From Takakia lepidozioides (taxonomy: Eukaryota; Plantae; Bryophyta), in contig CM060734.1 in the NCBI GenBank assembly GCA_030704615.1, positions 13,206,001 to 13,270,000 of the forward strand: DNA of 64,000 nucleotides, written 5' to 3'. Below, one piece after another: positions 21,251 through 32,600 of this stretch. Under the pieces are notes generated by a model, which was not told the DNA's origin, searched no databases, and was given only the letters and a program-made list of their open reading frames with translations. Position 1 is the stretch's first letter; every line of letters begins with the position of its first letter. A program made the translations under genes and the position numbers.

Positions 21251-22623
21251 ATGCCCTCATGCAATTTGGCGGAAACAGTGTACAATGCATGGTTGCAGCA
21301 ATCCGGTAAATCAGGTCAAGACTTGTAATATGTTGCTACCACCAATGATATGGTACTGTGAGCAATCACGCAGCAAACAAGATATCGAGATTTTATGAGG
21401 GGACAGTGTGGAGGCAAAGGTCCTGACATATCTGAATTGATGTTGAAGGCTGCAACTAGATCGGGGGATCCAACAAAAATTGCAAAGGCAATGAATAAGT
21501 GCATTGTGGGTTCACCATTGCAATCTTGGGTTCCCCATCTCGAAGGTAAGGAGAGGTTTGGTTCTTGAAAATGGAAGCTCAATCCCCCCCTTGTTCAGAC
21601 GGAGATTCTCATTGGCCAAACACAGTGAACTTCTCTGTCCCCCGTATGTCCCCAATGCACCCAGTTGCGACAAGCTAGCACATTTGTTGCCGAGTCTTCT
21701 ATGGGCGAACCCACAACTTTGCATGCAACCACCGCAGCTCCAGTTTCTCCCAATGACATGATGACCCCTGTGGAAGAGTCTGCAGGTAGTGAATCTGAGT
21801 GGCACATATAGCGCACTGCAGTTGGCTCAAGAGTTGGATGTTCAACAATCCGTGCAATAACTTTTGTGAAGTGCACTGCGAAGATAGCCAAAGGCTCCGC
21901 TGGCACCCCGGCTCCAACATTCACATGGTTGTTTTGACCACACAGAACAAGGGAGTCCAAGGTTCACAAGTTCTGGTTTTGTGGAGACGATATTGCTTGT
22001 TGTGTCAATGGCACAGCGCAACTCTGTCATTTAGTGAAGCCGTCTCCACCCAACATTTGGCCAGTGAAGGCAGGAACCTCTCTCTCATCACAGAAGATTA
22101 CAATGTTGGAAGAGGCTGGCTTTCAATTTGCATGTTCTCCACTGCTGCCTGGACGTGGCATAGGTTCCACTTTCCTTTTTGTTCCTATAGTGCCTTCTGC
22201 CGGGGCAGACTTGCACCCCACAAAAAGGAACAGAAAAATAGTGCGTTGTGTCCCTTCAAGTCCAGATCACAACTGCAAGGTGGAGTCAGCGCGAATGATG
22301 CAGGCGCGGGTGACGGGCATCATGGAAGTTCCTCCTCCTGGCTACGGTCGAGTGTACACATTGTTGACTTCTGGTTTTGTTCTTTGTGACAGGGCATATG
22401 AGGTTACGGTGGGCAATTTTCCAAATTGCACTTGTCCCGATTAACCATGCGTGAGGGCAGTCTTGGCAAGAGAGGGAAGTGGGTCCCCTGCAAGCATCTG
22501 TACTATATATTTCTATACAAGAGATATTGTGACCCCAAAAGAGACCAGTTCATTCACCAGCCCACGCTTGGTTTCAACAAAGTTCAGACTCTTTTGCGGC
22601 GTGATAGTTCACAAACATATTGA
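21251..22623 (+). pseudogene. SWIM zinc-finger protein, probably the C-terminal part of a Mutator-like transposase
   Basis: MPSCNLAETVYNAWLQQSG at 21251 (NxxExxN, like the MULE catalytic Glu motif). YEVTVGNFPNCTCPD...KWVPCKHLYY (CxC...CxH SWIM) at ~22395-22505. Stops and frameshifts present. Confidence 0.6.
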
Positions 22624-23495
22624 GTACTTGCCTTTGTGGTCCTCGAAAGCACGCTTCATGTGTCTTTGATATTTATAGTGATCATTCATGTTGAGTGCTG
22701 CTATATTACAATGGAACATTTATGCCTGGTTTTCATTTGGCCATTTTGGGGTGGCTTTCATCCAAATCAATGCATGTTTGTTCATCAAAGGTGAAGTCAT
22801 TGCATGTTGTACTTCTGCCTTTTTTGTGTGTCCAGCCTTTTAGTGGCATTGTCTGCAAGACATTGCATGGCTTCGGAAAAATAGTTTCACCTCATACTAC
22901 TCATTTTTTCATGGTATAAGGCCCTCTTTGTCTTGCCCTTGGCTATAGGGCCTCCTTCTCCTGCTTGACCACCCTGCGCTCATGCTTAGAGGGCAAAGCA
23001 TAAGCACAGCTCGCAGGCTCATGGGGCTGAGCTCACGCCGTAGCTACGCTGGGCGTAGGGAGGCCGAGCTCCGCCTCCCAGCCCCCCTCCTCTCCTTTCT
23101 TCCACTTTGGACCCAACAATGGACTGCTGAGGCAAGAGCTACTCTCCTTGGTAGCAACGTAGCACGAAGAACACAAACATGACATCGTTGACCTCAAAGA
23201 TGTGGTTGTCACATAAATCAAAACACAAACAGCTGAATACATGGAGTCCCTGAAGTCATCGGCGTCAGAAGAGTTGGCCTGCCAATAACCAAGAGAGAGA
23301 GAAGACTCCGGTCACGGGACCGGCGTAACTAAGAGCCACTTTGCCTTGCGGCTACTGCCCCCTTTCGGGGGTGGGCCCTCTGTAAGAGGAGAATCCGAGG
23401 TACCGGTGGCAGTAGTGATAACAAGGGAGAGTGCCTGGGGTACCAAGGGGGGAGCCCCGGGTACCAATGGGTACCCGGGGGTGCCCCGGGGTACC

Positions 23496-23634
23496 ACATG
23501 CCAGTGAGGGTAATCAACACAAGTGTAGTTGTTACTGACATTGTAAGTGCCGCAAATGCCTGTTGGCATTCAGCTGTCCATGCAAATACTGCATCCTTCT
23601 TCAAAAGCTTGCTCAATGGTGCTGCCATCTGTGC
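23496..23634 (-). mobile_element. Small inverted fragment of Gypsy family A (RT-RNase H linker)
   Basis: AQMAAPLSKLLKKDAVFAWTAECQQAF, matching the reverse complement of ~20690-20826. Confidence 0.85.
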
Positions 23635-23657
23635 CCCGGTTATCAGCGTCACGTCCG

Positions 23658-23697
23658 TCCGTCAGCGTCAGGTCACGTCAGACCTGACGCTGACGGA
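23658..23697. repeat. Perfect 17-bp inverted repeat with a 6-nt loop
   Basis: TCCGTCAGCGTCAGGTC-acgtca-GACCTGACGCTGACGGA. Confidence 0.9.
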
Positions 23698-23784
23698 ACC
23701 TCCGTCACGTCAAGTTCGGGGAATATTCTTGTAAAAATAGTACCAGGTAAAATACTGCCACTTAAGCAGCCACGTCGCCGACAT

Positions 23785-23968
23785 GATGGCGGTGGCAAAT
23801 ACATTTTGAAAATTAACAAAATGAACACGACCGCCAATTCGCTTTGTTTTTCGAAATTAAAAAAGAAATAACGACCACCGTATTGGCGGTCGCTTCAATT
23901 TTTATTTATTTTAAAGCAAAATTGGCGGTCGTTTTTTTTTCGAAATACAAAAAGAAATAGCGACCGTG
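23785..23968 (+). repeat. Detached piece of the hAT subterminal GCGACCGCC array
   Basis: Matches ~35620-35800 (CATTTTGAAAATTAACAAAATGAA...CGACCACCGTATTGGC). Confidence 0.8.
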
Positions 23969-24052
23969 TCGTGCGCATGCGTATCGCTACACAACTACAT
24001 CGCTGTCCAAACCACACCACACATATATGCACAATAAAGTAGTCTACCACTA

Positions 24053-24195
24053 TCCAATGCATTGTGGACATAACCAATCCCCATCCGGAACCATCTCAAG
24101 AGGTGGAGTCAAGTATCCCATATGACAACCTCTAGAGCATCGATCAAACACCAGCATGGTGGCTGCCCCTTTAGCAGACCCACACAACATGCACC
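24053..24195 (-). other. PHD finger at the integrase C-terminus
   Basis: CMLCGSAKGAATMLVFDRCSRGCHMGYLTPPLEMVPDGDWLCPQC: C4HC3 spacing and the PxGDWxCPxC signature, with two Cys positions mutated (F, Y). Confidence 0.85.
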
Positions 24196-25300
24196 TCAAA
24201 CTTGCAGCTACCACTGCCAGGTTTGGGTCAATCCTGCCATCGATATTCGGAAGGTGACATGGCGCACAATTACGCACATGGTCCTTCCAAGTTATGCCAT
24301 CCCGACCCTCCAAGACCAAGACGCCTGAGGGCAAGACCTCTCGAACCCTCAAAATAACACGTCCTACAGTCACATCCAAGGTCGTAGGAGCAGTCTGCTG
24401 CAGATAGACATAGTTACTAGGGTTGAATCTCCGAACCCCAGGACGATAGCCCCCACCACGTATGGTAGCATACATCAACGTATCACAGTGTTGTGCAATG
24501 GCAAGGTTCTCGAAAGCCATGGGCATGACTTTCTTGAACAACTCTGCACGCTGCTCACATGCACGTGCCCACACGTCCGGATCGTCAAGGTTAAGAAGTG
24601 TAGCAGCTTCCCTGCGAATGGATGTAGGCAAATCCGGCTCTCGGCCAAAGAGAAGAAAGTATGGTGAGAAGGAGGCAAGTGATGCTTGCTTGCTGAACCT
24701 GTAGCCCATGGCTAACCATGGTAATTGAAGGTCCCAATCTCCTAGGTATCCCTTCTGCAAGCTATACTTGCGCAAACCCCTCTTTACTGTCTGAACAACT
24801 CTCTCTGCCAAGCCATCGGCCTCAGGATGATCCCGGAAGTGGTGCGGTGGTCTATCAAGGCCTTGTCACACAAAGCCTGAAACTCCCCCAAGAACTCTCT
24901 CCCTTGGTCCGTGAGTACCTCAGCTGGAGCACCGAATCGGCTAAGCACACAATCCAAGAATGCATACGCAGCTCCCTCACTAGCCTTATCACGCAATGGA
25001 ACCAACTCAATCCACTTGGAAAAGTGCTCCACCATCACCAACATGTACTTGTTGTGACGCATGGTCAGTGGCAAATGGCCCTGCAAAGTCAAGACTCCAC
25101 CTGTAGCCCAATCCCATGATCGGAAGAGGGTGCAATTGTGGAGTAGGGGCGTTGAATGAAGCACGCACCCTATCACAGACCATGCACCTAGCCACAAATT
25201 GTTGCACCTCTGTGTGCATACCACGCCACTAATACTGCCCCTGAAGTAGACTATGAGTGCGTCGCACCCCAAAATGCCCCAACTCCTCATGGGCATGCCG
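24196..25300 (-). pseudogene. Gypsy family B integrase
   Basis: HAHEELGHFG...CMVC zinc finger, WSLDFAGP, VLTDQGREF, MAERVVQTVK. Frameshifted. Confidence 0.9.
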
Positions 25301-25699
25301 CACTAACCGTGCCCGCTGTGTTGGGTGAGGCACAATCCTCACTCGACCATCCTTCCACACTCGGAGCAGGTGTGTCCCCTCCCACTTGAACCTCTTGGCT
25401 CGTTGTAGGATCCGATCCCTCTCCTTGGCAGTCACAGTGGCTGCAGTGTCTCCAGTGCGGAGGTAGTCCAACACAACTGAATCCTCATGTATATCTTTGG
25501 CGCCACCTTGCTCATTGCTGGCCTCAGGGTCCTCAGACACTTGATCTACAGTCATCCCTGTTGCAGGTCCAACCTGGCCTTCCGCTGCCAAGATACACAG
25601 AAATGCAGATGCATGCCATCCGGACACCATCTCCTCGTCCGTCTCACCATGTCACCGAGCTCCAGTGTCATCCTGCTGGCTCGTGCATGGATTGCGACT

Positions 25700-27076
25700 C
25701 AACTCCATCATGCATTGCGACTCAACCATCTGCATTGCAATTGACCAAACCCGGTCGATGCACCACCTGAAAGTCATACTCTTAAAGGATGAGTGCCCAC
25801 CGTGCAAGCTTCTCCATAAGCGTGTCTGACTCCATCAACCACTTGAGTGGTTGGTGATCCGTGACAAGGGTGAAGAGATTGCCGTATAGATACTGAAGTG
25901 TGCCACGGCCCACACTGCAGCTAAGCATTCTCCCTCATATGAGCTATACTTAGACTCTGCAGCATTGTTTGAGCGGCTAGCATAAGCCACTACGAACTCT
26001 CTTCCCTCATCATCCACCTGTGTGAGCACCGCTCCAAGCCCCAGCATGCTCCAATCTGTCTGCAGCTGAAAAGGACGCCCCCTGATAGGTCATCTCAAGA
26101 TGGGCGCCAAAGTCAACCTCGCCTTGAGCTCTTGAAAAGCTTGTTCTTGCTCATCTTCCCACTGCCACTCCTAATCCACCTTGGTCAGCTTGGTTAGAGC
26201 CTTTGCAATGGCACTAAATCCCTTAACAAACCGTCTGTAATAGTTTGCTAACCCCATGAAAGCTCAAACTCGGCTCACATCCGTGGGGCGTGGAACCTGT
26301 GCAATGGACTCTACCTTAGTCTGCTGTACCCCCAATCCTCCAGGATATATCATGTGACCCAGATACTCAATCTGATTGTGGAAAAACTTGCACTTGCCCG
26401 GATGTAACTTCAATCCGTGCGTCCTCAAGCGCTCAAATACCCCCTGAAGGTGTCTCTCATGCTCCTCCACCGTAGCACTAAAGATGATGATGTCATCTAT
26501 GTAGCACCGAGCAAACTCCACCCCTGCTAGAATCCTGTCCATGACTCTTTGAAACTCAGCGGGGGCGTTTTTAAGCCCAAATAGTAAGAACCGCCACTGG
26601 TATAGGCAATCCTTCCCGTGCTCATTGATCCCCCAGAATGCCGTCTTTTGCTTATCCGCCTCCTTGATCGGCAACTGGTGATATCCGGATCGTAAATCCA
26701 ACGTGCTAAAGACCTTGGAATGCCCAATGGCATCAAAGATCTCCTCTGGTGTTGGCATGGCATACCTATCGGACTTGGTCTGACGATTTACAGGCCGGTA
26801 ATCACCGCACATACGTCTCTCCGTCCAATTGCCATAGACATCTTTCTTGGCTAGCATCACTGTGGCTGAAGCATACTCTCCACCATAGAGCTCCACCAAA
26901 CCAGCCTCCCAAAGGTCCTGAGTTCTCATCTGAATCAAGGACCTCTCCATGTCACTGTATCTATAGGGTCTCCAAAAGATTGGCGTGTCAGTAGCCAATT
27001 CAATGCGAATCTCTTGACCCTTCAGTGCTCCTAAGTCCTTCAAACTGAAGGCAAAGCAGTTCCTGTAAGCCCTCAA
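25700..27076 (-). pseudogene. Gypsy family B reverse transcriptase and RNase H
   Basis: RRMCGDYRPVN, FSTLDLRSGYHQ, FGLKNAPAEFQR, CYIDDII (RT). FQLQTDWSMLGLGAVL, SYEGECLAAVWAV (RNase H). Confidence 0.93.
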
Positions 27077-27509
27077 GAACCACCGTATACGTCGTCTCTC
27101 TCCTCCGGTGACTATAGGTCCAACATCAGGCTCCCAGTTGTCCTCCGTGACTGCAACCTTGAGTCTAGCAGGCTTAGAGGTAGAAGACGCGTCCCGTGGT
27201 TGCTATGCTGCAACCTCTTGAGCAGTGCTCCCTGCCTGCTCAGTCAATGACAAGGCCTCATCCTGCCCCATCATCTCATCCTTGAGGACCTCATCAACCC
27301 AAGAAGAATCCCCAACCTCATCCATCACAGCTGCCTTGGCTGCCAACTCCCTCTGAACCTCGAGCACCTCCCACGTGTGCCATGGATGTCTACACCCCGT
27401 GGTCCTCACCGGCTCGCCCCCACTCGCTGCCTGTACCATCTCGGTAGGCAGAGAGACTGTCAAGGGAAGTGCACTCCGCACTCTACATTGCTCAGCCATA
27501 GCCAAGCTG

Positions 27510-28450
27510 ATAATCCAGGTCAAGCAATTGAGATCCATTGCTTGCCCCAACACCTGACAACGTGATGCCTCAGAAAGAGAAGGCACCGCCGTGGTCCCAG
27601 TGGAAAAACCCATCGCCCGCTCGCGCTCGTTAGCATTGGGCTCCACTAATTGTTGCAATTGGCTATCCCACCAGAGGCCAGGTCCACCATTCCGAAAAGC
27701 ATGGGATCCTGGGAAGCTGAGCAGTGTAGGTAATGCTGCTCGTGGTTGATCCACCCTGTTGACCACTGCCAAATGCGAACGGTCATCGTGTCTCACACGT
27801 TGAGACTGCCTCCCTGTGTCCAAAATGCTATCCACTGTGAGGTGTGCTGGCCGCTGCACCCCATCAAATGCACGCTTGAGCAGTGCGGGTGGCATCAAGT
27901 TAGTCCACCATAGCCGTGGACGATGAGCCCATGACCCCACTGCAGCTGCATCTAGCAACACTGCTGACCCAAGCCATGACCGGACTTGATGCACACTGGC
28001 CATCACCCTGGCCCGAGAATCGCCCATCAGTGGCACATTCTCCAAGATGTATGTTGGAGATACAGCTTGATGAAGCTGCAAGTGGCGCAAAACCCGCACT
28101 ATCTCCCAAAACAGACCTGTCCTTGAGTCTCGCAATCCATTGCCATGCCCAGCTGATGAATGCCCTTGGCAGGGCCAACCTGCCACTACCAGATCAATGG
28201 AGCCAACCTGCTCCAAATCCTGCGCCCCCAACAACAAAATGTCTGCTGGCAAGGCTTGTTGGTATCCACGAACTGCAGACACTGGCAACAAAACAGGGTA
28301 CTGCTGTACCAACTGAGCCACATGGCGCAGTGAGACGCGTCGTGCAGTCTCATCCCTCTCCGCATACATGTAACGCCTTACCCGCGCACCTAGCAGCAGC
28401 CAATCCGGTGCTGATCCCGCCAAACAAGTCCAGAAGGCAAATGCCTTCAT
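27510..28450 (-). pseudogene. C5-cytosine DNA methyltransferase domain (DNMT3-like) inside the pol polyprotein
   Basis: Motif I LLDLFGGISTG, II RRYMYAERD, IV IDLVVAGWPCQGHS (catalytic PC), VI YILENV, VIII AHRPRLWWTN, IX ERERAMGF and X QVLGQAMD, all in canonical order. One frameshift just after motif I (~28390). Confidence 0.92.
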
Positions 28451-29948
28451 CCATATACTGCCACACAATAGGTGTGGTATCCAATGGTGACAACTGAGGT
28501 GGTCCTGGTGCAATACCCGCACTCTCCTCCTCTCCTGACGGTACAAAAGCCTCTACCCAGGCTTGTTGCACCCGTCGATCAGCAACCTGCTGCAAATCCT
28601 TGCTCGTACCCCACAATGGAGTGTGAGCAACCATGGCAGGCAACTCCGCCATACCATACATGTCATCCTGCTCTGCTGGAGGTGGCACATCCTCTGCATG
28701 GGCATTGCCTTCCAGCAACTCTCCAGGCCAACTAACTGCAGCTGTAAAGGCGGCTAGTATTGGCATCTTGCCCCGTTGGGTAGCCGCAATACCCCCAATG
28801 AATGTCACAGGGAGCTGTGCACGATGACCATCTCCTGACTGCCATCCAGGCCTGTAGGATGCTGACTCCTCCCAAAAGTCCAGGGTGAAGCCCATGGGAT
28901 ATAACACTACCCCACCAACAAGGACATCGTAAGAGACCGCGTCTGTCAAAATGGCCTTAGCTCGCATCACTGAGCCACCTACAGGATGATCTGCTTGTAG
29001 TCCAATGGCCAACTCACGCCGTGTCATGCCCCGAGCCTGCTCTGATCCTCCCAGAGATGTCTGTATCTGGAAAGGACAAGGCTCTATATCCGCCTCCATG
29101 AGGCCCAAACCTGCAATAGCAGCTCTGCCCAACATCAGTGGCTGAGCTCCCGAGTCCAACAAGACCCGTTGTGGCCGGTACTTCTTGCCTGCCGGTCCAC
29201 TCAAAGAGAAAATGTCATCCGGGTTGTCTAACAAGACAACTCCAGGTGTCACCATGGCGCGCTCAAAGGCTGGCCTAGCTGGCAGTTCTGTCAACCTGGC
29301 AACTGCAGCTTGCCATGGCGCAGCCGTGGCAGTCTTGACCCTCAAATCTGAGGATCCCTCTGCCACTACACCTTCCAGTAACTCCGCAGAAGATGAAGTG
29401 ACCTCCCCACTCTCACAGAGTGTTGCTGCTAGTCTGAACACTGCAGCTGGCCTTACCCCCAGCGTCGCAATCATGGTTGCCGAGAACAGTGGGGCTTGAC
29501 ACACAAAGGTGGCTGCCCCCAATAACACACCGGCTGCACTAGCCTTGGTAGCAGGTGTCAGTGCTGCACGTGTAGCTCTCCCCAATGGCATAGTAACCTC
29601 CGCCTCGGTAACAGTCGGGCGAGAACTAGGTGCCATGGATGGCGTCGACACAGTCTCCGCCAATGTGAATGACTGAGGAAGCCTCGCTTGACGGCTTGCC
29701 TCCCCACGCTGTAGATCCAATTCCACCTCTGCACCTCGTGGCTCAGGAACTCGTGCTGCTCCTCGAGTCACGGCTGCAGCAGACTCCACCTGCACTAGTG
29801 GTAGTGCTGCTCCGCACATGAATCCCATGCCTCCCATATCTCCTCCCTCAGGAGCAAGAGGTGGACCATCCCGCCTGGGAGCCGGTACCGCCTGAGCTAT
29901 AGCCATTGCAGCGAGCCTCTGCTCTAGCTGCTGAAGCCGGTTGGCCAT
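28451..29948 (-). pseudogene. Gypsy family B aspartic protease region, in frame with DNMT motif I
   Basis: RVLLDSGAQ and YDVLVG in ORF 28350-29948, which runs directly into GICLLDLFGGIST. Confidence 0.8.
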
Positions 29949-31202
29949 GCCTTGGTCAACACCCTGACCACCGCGTCCTTGGCCATGTTGAGCTTGCCCT
30001 TGGCCTGCACCTCGTGCCCGACCACCTCGTCCTCTCTGGGCTGGTCCACCTCACCCCCGGCCACCATTGTTCCCTTGGAACTGGCCTGGGCGCAACTCAG
30101 GATGCAAGTCATAACTCCATGCCCATACTTGCCACAATGCCCACACTGCAACTGTGCAGGGTGTGATTGTGCCGGTCTTCTGCCACTCTCTGGGCAATCT
30201 CTCTTGACATGGGGTCCTCCACATGTCCAACATATCACCCCTGGTTGCTGTTGGCCTGCAAAAGATGCCACGGGCCTCTTCACCTGAGGTCCCCTGTAAG
30301 CTCCATGGAACTTGGGTTGGGAAACCTTGCCCCCCTGACCACGCTGTTGGGTAGTCTCTTGTGCCTGTGGGCTAGCAGCTGCGCCTCGTGCAAGCATGTC
30401 CTTGCCAAATCCAATGGTAACAACTCGCTCCTCCACCATGTTGAGCTCAATCCGCTCAGCCAGCAGAAACACATCTGCTAATGTGGGTTGGGCTGCTTGT
30501 AACAGGGTTGCATCTCGCACCCTTCTCTTGAGCTCCTTGTCCAAAATTCCATACCAAAATAGATTTCCTGAGCTTCAGTAACCCCTTGGGTCACACTTAT
30601 CAAGCGCCTCATACGAGTGTACGCCTCTCGTAGCTCTCACTGGGTTTGCGCTGGAAGTCTTGCAAACTTCGCAGCTTCTCTGTCCGTACACCTTGGTAGT
30701 TCCTCCGCAACTCTTGGAAGAACTCCACCACCGGGTTGAATCTAGGCACATGTGTTGTAGTCGTGGCAGGAGGAGTAGCAGCACCTTTTGAACTGGTACC
30801 ACCTGCAGAAGTACCGGCACTACTTGCTCCACTACTAGTGCTGGCAGTGGGAGATATTGGTACTGATGCAGCTACTGGTCGCGTCGTGCCTCGAGTAATG
30901 GAGACGTAGTCAGGTGACCAATACATCCTCCACTCCTCAATTTCTGCTTCATGTCCTCGCCTGAACTCGTGGTAATCGTCCATAGGCGGGCCTTCCAAAT
31001 GCTGGAACAGTCCCTTCCACGCCATGAATGGGGTGAATAGCTGTGGATTGCGCATCTGCTGCAAATCACACCAGCTGTCGAACTCCTGGATAAAGTCATC
31101 CAACTCGATTGTGCCCATAGCTCCAGAGTACCTACGAGGCCCCTTGGTAGCTCCATACATCTCCTCCATGTCGTCCCACAACAATGGCGAATGAAACGGC
31201 AC
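29924..31202 (-). pseudogene. Gypsy family B gag with two zinc knuckles
   Basis: PRRYSG...LDDFIQEFDSWC (gag-like). CWTCGGPHVKRDC and CGHCGKYGHGVMTC knuckles. Confidence 0.75.
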
Positions 31203-31925
31203 ACCTGTTGATGAAGCCTCCGAGTCTCTGTCTGACTCTGCACTAGTTGAGGGTGGAGGTGAGGTGGTCTGAACCGAATACCTCGTCTCGTGAACCCACT
31301 CTCACTGTTACTGCATATAGCTGTACTCCCCTCAAAACCCTTGGGTAACTCCATGATGAAACTCACAATGTGCACCTCCCCCACGTGACACTATAGGGCT
31401 CTAGTACTGATTCTAATAGTGACACGGGTGAGCACCTGTTGCAGTTTAAGGGTCATATTCCAATGGCTCAGGGCACCTGCACCTGCATCCACCGCAAGAA
31501 CTCCTATGGTTGGCTGGTCATCAACCCAGCCTCACCATAGAAGAAACACTGGTGGTCTTGTTGGTCATCACTCCAGCCTTACCACCGACAGCATACTCTA
31601 GGATTGACCGGTGATCAAATCCGGCCTAATCCCTATGAAAGCAAGCGCCCACACAAAACCAACATGGCGCACAGTCAAGCATGCAGGTGTTGGGGGGGAT
31701 CCAAACACAAGAAATCAAAACATCAACACCCCCACACCAAAATCCAGCTGCAATGCTGATCCTGCAAAATATCCCAGCTTAAAACCCCGGACTGACTGGC
31801 CTCCACCAAGAGAGGCTTTGGCAACTACGAGTACAAGGTAATGAAAATAGTACAGAGATGGAGGGGAAGAATAGAAGCCCGCCCAAACAAGATCTAATCC
31901 TGATCTATGCTATCAACTGCCAGAC

Positions 31926-32600
31926 TTATCTCAAAGTGCCTCGCTCTGCATGATGGTAAGGTGTAGGAGGTATATCTATGTCCAGAAACCTGCCACTAAC
32001 CTTGTCCCAAGCTACAGTAGCTCGCTCTAACCAACCCTCCTCCTCTTTCTGCCAGGTAGAGACAAAGCAATACTCCCCTATCTCCCGCTCACTGAACACT
32101 AAAGAAAACAAAGGTAGGGTCTGATAGTCTCTCAACTCGAAAGCTTTGAGACAGTTGCGGGTGTCCTCATTGCGAATGACTGCATCTCCTTCAAGCAAAA
32201 CAAACTTGTCATTGCTAATGAACCCCCGCTCGTGGTTGCCTTGTGCAGAGCGTATCCGGCTGCAACCATGTCTGATTGCACAAACTTGTGCAGCTCCTGC
32301 TCCTCTGCTCCAGTACACCACGGCCTTGTGGCTGAACACCTTGGTCCCTGGGGCTGTCTTTGGTTGTGTTCCAAGCCTAGCTTTCACCCACTTTGGTATT
32401 TCACCTACAGCTGTAGAACTGCTGGCTCCAACAGAGTTCTGACTATCCAAAGCAACATTGAGGCCCTCAACGCCAACTACAGCAGTTTGTTGTCTACTGC
32501 TAATGCCTGACTCCCAGTATGCAATCAACTCATCCAACTGTTCTCCACTCAAATCAGTCTGAGTTCCTTGGGAAACATAAATCCGTCCCCTTGTGTGCAC
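31926..32600 (-). CDS. Uncharacterised 224-aa ORF upstream of the family B gag
   Basis: Uninterrupted ORF on the same strand as gag-pol. No recognised domain. Confidence 0.4.
   Translation of the reverse strand: MHTRGRIYVSQGTQTDLSGEQLDELIAYWESGISSRQQTAVVGVEGLNVALDSQNSVGASSSTAVGEIPKWVKARLGTQPKTAPGTKVFSHKAVVYWSRGAGAAQVCAIRHGCSRIRSAQGNHERGFISNDKFVLLEGDAVIRNEDTRNCLKAFELRDYQTLPLFSLVFSEREIGEYCFVSTWQKEEEGWLERATVAWDKVSGRFLDIDIPPTPYHHAERGTLR

Larger units (their letters stand above)
24050..32600 (-). mobile_element. Ty3/Gypsy family B: extra ORF - gag - CCHC - protease - C5 DNA methyltransferase - RT - RNase H - integrase - PHD finger (degenerate; LTRs not identified)
   Basis: Collinear minus-strand ORFs carry recognisable motifs in Gypsy order (see sub-features). 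The upstream region to ~35400 may also belong to the element. Confidence 0.9.

Noticed and set aside
27916-28497. 193-aa plus-strand ORF and other antisense ORFs over TE genes
   Set aside because: Shadow frames of GC-rich coding sequence with no motifs.
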